Origin: Planctomycetota bacterium
Lineage (GTDB): Bacteria; Planctomycetota; B15-G4; JADJEK01
Length of the DNA stretch: 55,636 nucleotides
Reading direction: 5' to 3'
Assembly: GCA_044225365.1 (NCBI GenBank)
Contig: JBGAIQ010000037.1
Location: 1 to 55,636 of the forward strand
The translations under genes and the position numbers were made by a program. The notes beneath the pieces are model-generated. The model ran no database searches and had not been told where the DNA came from. It saw only the letters and a list, made by a program, of their open reading frames with translations. Positions 39,280 to 48,100 of the stretch are shown one piece after another; position 1 is the first letter of the stretch, and every line of letters begins with the position of its first letter.

Positions 39280-41289
39280 ATGCGTTCGATCCTCGTTTGC
39301 ACTTCCGGATTTTGTATCGCGATGGCGCACGGTCTCGCGCTCGGCTCGCCACCGACCAGCCCTCAGATCGGGAGCACGCCCACGGTCTTCTCCGCGACGG
39401 CCACCGGCGGCTCCTACGGGTCCGCGTTGACGCCCGTCGGCGACGTGAATGGCGACGGTTATGCCGATTTCGTCCTGACCGATTTCCTCGCCGAGCAACC
39501 GGGCGACGTCCAGAGCGACGAGGGCGTGGTCTTTGGTTTCTACGGCAGCGCAACGGGCGTCTCGACGACCCCGAACTGGTCGGTCGACGGCGATGTCGTC
39601 AACGTCCACTTCGGCGTCCAGGCGAGCGGCGCGGGCGACGTCAATGGCGACGGGTTCGACGACGTGCTGGTCTGCGCTCCGAACTACGCGAACGGCCAGA
39701 CCAAGGAAGGCCAGGTCCGCCTCTACTTCGGATCCGCTTCGGGCCTCTCGACCACGGCCGGCTGGCTCTTCGAGAGCGACACCGTCAACTCCGAGATCGG
39801 CACCTTCCTCGCGGCCCTCGGTGACGTGAACGGGGACGGCTTCGCCGACCTCGGGATGTCCGACAAGAACATGGCGCTCGCATGCGCTTTCTACGGCAGC
39901 GCGACGACGCCGCCGACCACCCCGAACTGGACGTTTGCATCGATTGGCCAGGGGCAGGGCGGCATGGCGGGCGTGGGCGACGTGAACGGCGACGGATTCG
40001 ACGACATCATCGTCGGCGGTCTCAAGGGCACGGGCTCGGCCACATTGCAGCAGACTTGGCTCTTCCGCGGCAGCGCGACCGGACTCTCGCTCGCGCCGTT
40101 CCAGACCTTCACCGGCGCAGCGAGCTGCCTCGGACTGCGCGTCGCGGCGGGAGGCGACATCAACGGCGACGGCAATCCGGACGTCGTGACCGGTGACGTA
40201 TGCACCGACTCCTTGAAGATCCTGCGCGGCGCGGGCTCCGGTCTCCTCCAGATGCTTCCTCCCGCGAACCTCTGGAAGCCTTCCGACGCCCTCGATTTCC
40301 CGCGCGCACTCGCGGGCGGGGCCGATGCCGATGGTGACGGTTTCGCGGACGTCCTCGTCGGCGATCCCACGGCGAAGAAAGCGTGGCTGTTCCGCGGCAC
40401 CAGCAAGGGCCTCGCGGCCGACCCGGCGTGGACGGCGAACGCACCTGTCGACACCACGGTGACTCCCGTCTTCGGAACGACGGTCGCGTTCGCGGGCGAC
40501 GTCGACGCCGACGGTGATTCCGAGATTCTCATCAGCGATCCCGACGCCGACTCGGTGAACAAGGTCGGAGTCGATGCCTTCGGTCGGGTTTACGAATACG
40601 CCGGCGCGCCGGTCAACGCCGACGACGCCGTGCCGACGTTCGTTTCCGGCGACACGCTCGTCGGCGCGCTGGCGGCGCAGGGCGACGACACCGAGGCGAA
40701 CTTCGCGGGCGTGAAAGGGATGAAACTCGTCCTCGCATTCGCGGCGGGCGCCGGTCAGAAGCTGACGACCAACCTCATCGATCCCACCGGCAAGCAGGAG
40801 TCGTCGTTCGACGTCACGCTCGGCGCGGCCGGAGCGTCGAAGACCATCAAATTCAAGCGCTCGGGTCTCTACCGCCTCGAGTTCGCGCTGAAGAAGGGCG
40901 CGAATGCGGCGCTCTCGATCGTGACGAGTCGCGAACTGCCGAAGAATGCGCTCGCGCGCACCGTGAACGTGGCGCTCAAGGTCGGCGCCAACAACGTTGC
41001 GCTCGATTTCCTCGCGATCGGCGGCGCGACGTTCGATGCGGACCTGCTCCCCGCCGTCGCACTCACCAATCTCTCGGCCGGGGTGACCACTCCTGCAGGG
41101 TCCGATCTGTCGATCGCTGCGTTCACGACCGGTGACCCGACGCATCTCGTCGTCGCGGCCGTCCCGCTGAACGCGACCGGCAAGTTCCGGCTGCGCATCC
41201 ATGCCGACTCGACGGCGAAGACGTCGCTCGCGGTGACGCTGACACCGAATCAGCCCGCGGTCGGCAGCGCGACCGTGAACCTGCCCTGA
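39280..41289 (+). CDS. Secreted FG-GAP (integrin-alpha-like) 7-bladed propeller protein with two C-terminal beta-sandwich (PPC-like) modules
   Basis: GGAGG RBS; signal peptide; seven D[VIA][ND][GA]DG loops; C-terminal repeats 'LIDPTG...SGLYRL' and 'VTTPAG...TGKFRL'. Confidence 0.87.
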   Translation: MRSILVCTSGFCIAMAHGLALGSPPTSPQIGSTPTVFSATATGGSYGSALTPVGDVNGDGYADFVLTDFLAEQPGDVQSDEGVVFGFYGSATGVSTTPNWSVDGDVVNVHFGVQASGAGDVNGDGFDDVLVCAPNYANGQTKEGQVRLYFGSASGLSTTAGWLFESDTVNSEIGTFLAALGDVNGDGFADLGMSDKNMALACAFYGSATTPPTTPNWTFASIGQGQGGMAGVGDVNGDGFDDIIVGGLKGTGSATLQQTWLFRGSATGLSLAPFQTFTGAASCLGLRVAAGGDINGDGNPDVVTGDVCTDSLKILRGAGSGLLQMLPPANLWKPSDALDFPRALAGGADADGDGFADVLVGDPTAKKAWLFRGTSKGLAADPAWTANAPVDTTVTPVFGTTVAFAGDVDADGDSEILISDPDADSVNKVGVDAFGRVYEYAGAPVNADDAVPTFVSGDTLVGALAAQGDDTEANFAGVKGMKLVLAFAAGAGQKLTTNLIDPTGKQESSFDVTLGAAGASKTIKFKRSGLYRLEFALKKGANAALSIVTSRELPKNALARTVNVALKVGANNVALDFLAIGGATFDADLLPAVALTNLSAGVTTPAGSDLSIAAFTTGDPTHLVVAAVPLNATGKFRLRIHADSTAKTSLAVTLTPNQPAVGSATVNLP

Positions 41290-41337
41290 CGCCAAGGAGC
41301 GGAAGAGTTCGCTTCGGTGCGCTCGGAATGGAAGTTC

Positions 41338-42984
41338 CTACTTCGTTCCGAGCGCCGCTGATTCGCCGCGATTGCGCTTGCTGAGCTCCGCGAGGAAGCC
41401 CTTCGCGACTCCGCCCGCATCGACGGTGTGGATCGTCACGCGGTGGGTGCGATTGCCTTCGTCGACTTCGTGCAGGATCTGTTCGGGCACGAGGACCGCG
41501 CCACGCGACGGTACTCCATCCGAGAGCAGGACGATCGTATCGATATCGAAGACCTTGCCCTGCTTGGTGAGGACGCGGCCCGCATCCTCGCCGAACGCGA
41601 GTTCGAGCGCGCCGAGGAGATCGGTACCGCCGCCTGCCGCTGCATTGCGCACGAATTCGGTCGCCGCCGCTGCGGTCTTCTCATCGAGGACGACGAGGTC
41701 CTTCGAGAAGGGGATGAACGTCTCGTTGAAGAGGATGACGTTGAAGCGAGTGCCCTTGCGCAGACCCTGCAGACAACGATCGAATTCGCGATTCGCGACG
41801 GCGAGTCGACTGGGACCCGCATCGTCGCCGACGACGGGTTGCTGCATCGAGCCCGAGACGTCGAGGAGGAAGACGACCGCGTCGCCATCGATCGAAATGC
41901 CGAAGTAGCGCGCGCCCTGTTCGCGAGCGAGCGGCTTGGTCTGCGGCGGGAGTTCGAACTCGGCGCTCACGCTCGACCACCAGGCGGTCCACTCCTCGGG
42001 CCGCAGACTCGGCAGGTCCTGTCCGGTCAGCGCGCCGAGCGAATCCCGGATCACGGTGCGCACGCGGTGGCGCGAGCCCGCCTTCTCCGGTTGCTCGCGT
42101 TCGAGCGCGGCGATCAGCGCCGGGATCGATGAGCGATCGCGGTACTTGCCGAGTTCCTCGGCCGCCGCGAGGCGAACCGTCCAATGAGAATCCTCGAGCG
42201 CCGTGCGCGCCGCTTTCTGCAGCCGTTCCTTCTGGATCCCGACGAGATCCTGGGATGCGATGCGGTCGAGGGCGAGCAGGGCTTCGAGGCGAACGGTCGG
42301 GTCGGAGTCCTTGAGAGCCGGATCGAGGAGCGGCGCCATCTCGCCGATTCCGAGCTCGCCGAGCGCCCGTGCGGCGCTCGCGCGCACGCTCGCCGCGTCG
42401 TCCGTGAGCAACTTGCCGATCGCGCCCGCGCTGGTGGTGGAGCCGCGCCGCGCCAGGACCCGCGCCGCGATCTCGCGCTTCAGCGCGCCGTCGCGCGGAG
42501 TTCGATCCGTGAGCGCCACGCGGGTGAGGAACACGTCGGTCCCAGGATCCTTGCACTGCACGAGCGCATCCGTCGCGAGGCGGCGCACGAGCCACGGTTG
42601 CTCCGCTCGCCAGCGTCGGCGTTCGAGATAGGGATCGCTCTCGGGACGGAACGTCGCGGCCTGCATCAGCACCAGAGCGGAATCGGTCGCGCCGCTCGTC
42701 GCCGCGGCGTCGAGCAGGGCGCCGGCCTTGTCGACCGCGGAGCGATCGTAGTACCGGATCGGAGCGCCAAGATCGTCGGGGCTGCCCGGCGCGTCGGGTG
42801 AATCGGGCTTCACGGGCGCGCCATTCGCGATCGGGGTGTAGAGATCGATCTCGTGGTGCTTCAGCTTCTCGAGGAATCCGCGCACGGCGGCGACGGCATC
42901 ATCGCCCGCGAGCGGGGATCTCGAGAACGCAGGAAGCGCGAGGGCGCCAACGGACACGGAGAGCAGGAAAGAAATTGCTCGCAT
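41338..42984 (-). CDS. Secreted HEAT-repeat plus vWA (MIDAS) domain protein
   Basis: HEAT repeats 'LLTDDAASVRASAARALG', 'LKDSDPTVRLEA', 'LEDSHWTVRLAAAEELG'; vWA 'VVFLLDVSGSM', 'GGTD', 'IVLLSDG'. Start 42984 or 42996. Confidence 0.87.
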   Translation of the reverse strand: MRAISFLLSVSVGALALPAFSRSPLAGDDAVAAVRGFLEKLKHHEIDLYTPIANGAPVKPDSPDAPGSPDDLGAPIRYYDRSAVDKAGALLDAAATSGATDSALVLMQAATFRPESDPYLERRRWRAEQPWLVRRLATDALVQCKDPGTDVFLTRVALTDRTPRDGALKREIAARVLARRGSTTSAGAIGKLLTDDAASVRASAARALGELGIGEMAPLLDPALKDSDPTVRLEALLALDRIASQDLVGIQKERLQKAARTALEDSHWTVRLAAAEELGKYRDRSSIPALIAALEREQPEKAGSRHRVRTVIRDSLGALTGQDLPSLRPEEWTAWWSSVSAEFELPPQTKPLAREQGARYFGISIDGDAVVFLLDVSGSMQQPVVGDDAGPSRLAVANREFDRCLQGLRKGTRFNVILFNETFIPFSKDLVVLDEKTAAAATEFVRNAAAGGGTDLLGALELAFGEDAGRVLTKQGKVFDIDTIVLLSDGVPSRGAVLVPEQILHEVDEGNRTHRVTIHTVDAGGVAKGFLAELSKRNRGESAALGTK

Positions 42985-43099
42985 GAAGTCTGTCATGGCC
43001 GCGGGACGGTTCGATGCGCCTATCCTATCGACGAATTTTCGACAGATCCTTGTCGAACTCGCAATGAGTGGCCCCGGCTTCTCGCTCAGGAATCCGCCG

Positions 43100-44347
43100 A
43101 TGACGACCGACCGCCTGTACTTCGAGGACAGTCAACTCATCGAGTTCGACGCTCGCGTCATCGCCGTCGAGTCCGACGGCAGCGAGATCCGTGTGCTGCT
43201 CGATCGCACGGCGTTCTACCCCGAAGGCGGTGGACAGCCTTCCGATTTCGGCCGGCTGACGGTCCTCAGCGACGATGCCGCAGAGGTTGTCGACGTTCAG
43301 GAGCAGGGCGGCGCGATCTGGCATCGGCTGAAGGTCGTCGATGCTGCGGCCGCACGCGGGTTCGAGGTCGGCGCCACGGTCGTCGGGAAGGTCGATTGGA
43401 AGCGCCGCTTCGATCACATGCAGCAGCACACCGGTCAGCATCTGATCTCGCGAGTCTTCGTGGAGCAGATGGGGCTCGACACCTCGTCGTTCCACATGGG
43501 CGATCAGGCCTGCACGATCGATCTCGCCATTTCCAATCTCACGGAGTCGCAGATCCGCGCCGCCGAGGAGCGCGCGGCCGAAGTGCTGCGCGACGCGCGG
43601 CCGGTGACCGTGCGCATCGGCGACGCGGCCGCGAATCTCGATCTGCGCAAGGAGGGTATGGCGAAGGGCGAGTTTCGCGCCATCGTGATCGAAGGCGTCG
43701 ACGCCTGCGCCTGCGGCGGCACGCACGTCTCGAACACCGCGCAGATCGAGGCGGTCGCGATCCGCAGGGTCGAGCGAATCAACGATACGCGGTGCCGAGT
43801 CGAGTTCGTGTGTGGTGGTCGTGCACGAGCGGACTACCGGCAGAAGCGCGATCGGCTGCGCGACCTCGGCCGCCTCCTGTCCGCCGAGGAAGGCAAGCTC
43901 GGCGACGCGACGAAGGCTCTCTTGGAGCAGCGCAAGGACGCGGACAAACGCATCAAGGAACTCACGAGGGAAGCGATGCCCGCTCGAGCCGATCGGTGGA
44001 TGGAGACCGCGACGACGGTCGGCGGGAGGCGACTGTTGGTCGCACGGCTCGAATCCGGTCTCCCCGAGGAGGTCGAGGGCCTCGCCGGCGAACTCAGCAA
44101 GCGACCGCTGCTCGTCGCGGCCCTCGTCGCCACGCCGAGCGGTGCGGAGAAGGGGCAGCTCTTCACCATCGCGGCCCCGGATTCGAAGGTCGCTGCGAAC
44201 GAGTGGTTGAAAGCGGTGCTCGACCCGGTTGGCGGCAAGGGCGGCGGGTCGCCCAAGCTCGCCCGCGGCGGTTTCCCGCGCGAGAAGGCGGAGGCGGTCG
44301 CGGAGGCCGCGTCGAAGCTCGGGGCGGACCTCATCGCCAGGTCCTGA
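43100..44347 (+). CDS. AlaX-type alanyl-tRNA editing protein with C-terminal DHHA1 domain
   Basis: 'TDRLYFED', 'LDRTAFYPEGGGQPSD', Zn ligands 'HMQQHTGQH' and 'CGGTH', DHHA1 'GGKGGGSPKLARGG'. Confidence 0.9.
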   Translation: MTTDRLYFEDSQLIEFDARVIAVESDGSEIRVLLDRTAFYPEGGGQPSDFGRLTVLSDDAAEVVDVQEQGGAIWHRLKVVDAAAARGFEVGATVVGKVDWKRRFDHMQQHTGQHLISRVFVEQMGLDTSSFHMGDQACTIDLAISNLTESQIRAAEERAAEVLRDARPVTVRIGDAAANLDLRKEGMAKGEFRAIVIEGVDACACGGTHVSNTAQIEAVAIRRVERINDTRCRVEFVCGGRARADYRQKRDRLRDLGRLLSAEEGKLGDATKALLEQRKDADKRIKELTREAMPARADRWMETATTVGGRRLLVARLESGLPEEVEGLAGELSKRPLLVAALVATPSGAEKGQLFTIAAPDSKVAANEWLKAVLDPVGGKGGGSPKLARGGFPREKAEAVAEAASKLGADLIARS

Positions 44348-44434
44348 ACGCGCCGCGCGATTGCGGGGCGGCTCGGGTTGCAATACACTTTCGACTCGTG
44401 GTAGAGAGGACTTCGTTCGTTCGCGGGGGACGCG

Positions 44435-45100
44435 TTGACGAATTCGCCGGTCGAATCCATCGCCAAAGAGAACCCACTGCTCCGCGATGGTGCAGCGGCG
44501 TGGGACCGACTGATCGAGGCTGCTGGGCCCGCATCGCTGATCGTCGTGATCGGCGAGCGCATGGGCGCCGTGCTCCGGGGGCGCTTCGAACCGGAGGACG
44601 TCTGGCAAGAAGTCCTCCTGCTCGCGTGGCGCGATCGCACAGGCTTCGAATGGCGAGGGCAGGCGAGTTTTCGCTCCTGGTTGCTGACGATCGCCGATCA
44701 TCGAATTCGTGACCTCGTACAGCACGAGAACGCCGAGAAGCGGGGCGGCGGGGCGACCCTGGCGCCATCTCCGTCGGGAACTAGCCCATCCGGATTCGAT
44801 TCGAGTTCGGCGAGTTCGGTGTTCGCAGGACCGATCGCCACGACGACTCCGAGTCGCGCGGCGAGTCTGCGCGAGGAAGCTCGAGTGATGCGAGCAGCGC
44901 TCGAGGAACTGTCCGATGAAGTTCGCGACATCGTTCGGTTGCGCTTGTTCGAGGAGCGCCCGATCGAGGAGATCGCGGCGACTCTCGGCATCGGGGAATC
45001 CGCCGTTCGGCATCGCTTCCGCAAAGGACTCGAAGCGTATGCTCAACGGCTGAAGACGTCGCTGCACGCGCGAGGGAGTGCTGAAAACGGGAAAGCGTGA
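44435..45100 (+). CDS. ECF sigma-70 factor, Planctomycete kinase-associated type
   Basis: Sigma2 'EPEDVWQEV..AWR....F.WRG..SFRSWLLTIA..RIRD'; 'AEKR' and 'TTPSRAA' linker; sigma4 'ALEELS...RDIVRLR.FEE..IEEIA..LG....AV..R'; stop overlaps the kinase start (GTGA). Confidence 0.9.
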   Translation: MTNSPVESIAKENPLLRDGAAAWDRLIEAAGPASLIVVIGERMGAVLRGRFEPEDVWQEVLLLAWRDRTGFEWRGQASFRSWLLTIADHRIRDLVQHENAEKRGGGATLAPSPSGTSPSGFDSSSASSVFAGPIATTTPSRAASLREEARVMRAALEELSDEVRDIVRLRLFEERPIEEIAATLGIGESAVRHRFRKGLEAYAQRLKTSLHARGSAENGKA

Positions 45101-48100
45101 CGCCGTGGAATGCTCGTTTCGCTTCGGAGATTATGAACCTCGATGACGGACTACGGCTTCCGATGCAGGAGCGCGGCAACCTTTGCAACGGGGAGCTTGG
45201 ACCGCGTGATGACGAAGAATTCCTGGACGTCGTGGTGGACGCCGCAATCGAAGCGGCGGGACGCGGCGAACGGCTCGACGTAGAGCTGTACCTGCGCAGC
45301 AGGCCGCATCTCGAGAAGCGCATCGACGAAGCGCTACAACTCTGCCGCGACGTGGCGATTCGAAGAGCGCCTGCGGATCGGATCGGCGGTTATGAGATCC
45401 TTCGCGAGATCGGGCGGGGAGGCATGGGAACGGTCTATCTCGCGCGGCAGGTCGGACTCGGTCGTGAGGTCGCACTGAAGGTACTGCCCGGCACCGCGCG
45501 CTTCTCCGAGCGATCTCGGAAACGATTCCTCGCCGAGGCGCAAGCTCTCGGTCGGCTCGGTCATCCGCACGTCGTCGTGATCCACGACGTGATCGAGACC
45601 GCGGATACTTGCGCGTTCGCGATGGAGTGGGTGGACGGGAAGGATTTGTCGAAGGTCATCGAAGCCCAACGAAGGGGACAAGGCGCGCAATCGCTCGATA
45701 TCGCGCAGATTTCCGACCGCGAGGAGGCGCCGTCGAGTTGCGGCGCGTGGGGGGTGTTCGTCGCGCGGATCTGCATTGAGATCGCACGAGCTCTTTCGGC
45801 GGCGCACCGCGCAGGTTTGTTGCACCGCGACGTGAAGCCCTCCAACGTCTTGTTGCGAAGAGACGGGACGGCGCTGCTCTCCGATTTCGGGCTCGTGCGC
45901 GACGAGGACTCTTCGCGACTCACGGAGGTCGGTCGCTTCGTCGGAACGCTCGCCTACGCGGCCCCGGAGCAGATTCGGGGGGATGCGATCGACGTTCGTT
46001 CGGATGTGTACTCGCTCGGGGTCACGCTGTATCACGCGCTCGGCCTCGCGCTGCCGTTCCGTGGGACGACGCCCGAAGCGATGCTGCACAGCATCGAGCG
46101 GGGCGCGGTGCGGCGATTGCACTCGATGGACGCGACGATACCACGCGATCTGGCGACGATCGTGGCGAAGGCGATGGACGTCGATCCGGCGCGACGGTAC
46201 GCGAGCGCCGACGAGTTGGCGGACGACCTCGAACGGTTCCTGCGCCATGAGCCGATCGTCGCGGTGCCGGACGGGCTTGCGACGCGGATGTGGAAATTCG
46301 TGCGACGCAACCGTCGCACGGTCTTTGCCGCTTCGCTGGCGGCGATCGTCACTACGGCGATCGCAGCCTTTGCGGTAGCGTGGTATCTCGACTGGAAAGA
46401 GCGGCCGGCGCGCGCGGCGGCACTGATCACGAAAGCGCGGCAAAGGCTGGCGGATCCGCAATCACGCGTGCGGGCCGCGTATCCGCAGTCACTTCCAACG
46501 CAGCTCGACGATACGGAACGAGAACGTGGTACACGTGATGCGGTCGCGCTCTACGACGAAGCGATTGGCCTCGTAGTTCAACCCGAGCGAATCCACGCCG
46601 AACGTGCGGCGGTCGCCACGGTCGTGAGCGGAGGTGAATACGCGGGGAGCGACGAACGCGCGGCCGGGATCGCGGCGTTTCTCTCGGGCGACAGTGAAAG
46701 AGCGTTGCGCTGCTGGCGAAAGGCCACGATCGATGGCCCGGTCGATCCCCTGGTCGAGGTCTTTCTCGGGCAGCGACAGCTCGAGAACGGCGAATTCGCA
46801 GCGGCGTATGCGCATCTGTTGCGGGTCGAACGGGAATGGCCCGAAGCGATGTTCGTGCGGCTCGACCTCGCGGACACCGCATTGCGACTCGGAGACGCCG
46901 ACGCTGCGGAGCAGTGGCTCGCACCGCTTTCGTTCCGCGATTGCCGAGGGAGTGTGTCGAAACGCATCCTCCTACGATTGCATTCGGAATGCGCGGAGGC
47001 GAGAGGCAACCTGGAGTTGGCAGAAGCACTGGATCACATCCTCGCCAATCGCTTCGGCGCGACCACACAGTCCACGCTCGGTCACGCGCGCAGGCTTGCG
47101 CGTCTTGGCCGGCCGTGGGAGGCGGTTGACGTCGTCTATCGAATGCGCGACTGGAATCCGCGACCACCCACGTGGGAGCGGGACACTCGCGAAGTCCTCG
47201 ACGCGGCGGCGTGGACGCTGACCCGCGCTGAATTGGCGGGTTGGTTCGGCGTGGGTCGCGACAGAGATGCGGACCCCGATCTCGGAAAATGGCTCGCGGT
47301 GTTCGAAGTCGATTCCGCAAACGGAAAAGAAAGTGCGACGTTCGACCTCGAGGACTCCGCTCCCAACCCTCATGGGGTCTCGCTTCGAGACCTCGATCGT
47401 GTCGAGAGGGTGTCCAAGATGAGTCGAAGTCTTCCCACGGGCGTGCGGCGGTTGGCGCGTTTCATTGCGGCATTTCCCGAATCGGATGCGATCGCAATTG
47501 TGTCAAGAATCGCGACGATGGCGCCCAAGACAGCAGCATTCGCTGTCGTGAGCATGTTCGTGGCGGACGCCCTTGGGCAAACTGAGATCTATCGCTGGGA
47601 CGGCGAGGCTTCGGGCGCAGCATTTGGCTACGACGTAGCAAATGCGGGAGACGTCGACAACGACGGATACACCGACGTCATCATCGGTGCAATGCAAGAG
47701 AACTCGAACACGGGTTCGGCGACGGTGCGGTCAGGTCGTACCGGTGCCATCCTTCACAAATGGCTCGGCGTGGCCGCGAACGATCAATTCGGGCATTCAG
47801 TCGTTGGGTTGGGTGACCTGAATGGCGATGGATACGACGATGTTGCCGTCGGAATGCGTGGCAACGAGAATCCGGCTAATCCGGGCTACGTCCGGGTGTT
47901 CTCGGGGCAGACCGGCGCGGTGCTTTATCATTTCGCGGGATCGGCGCCGGCGATTCTGCTCGGCACTCGGATCGCCAACGTCGGCGATGTGAACGGCGAT
48001 GGGACGGATGATCTCGGAGCGTCCTCGATACAGGCATTCAATGAGGTCAAGATCTTCTCGGGAGCCACAGGAAACGTCATTCATGTCATTCAAGGTCCCA

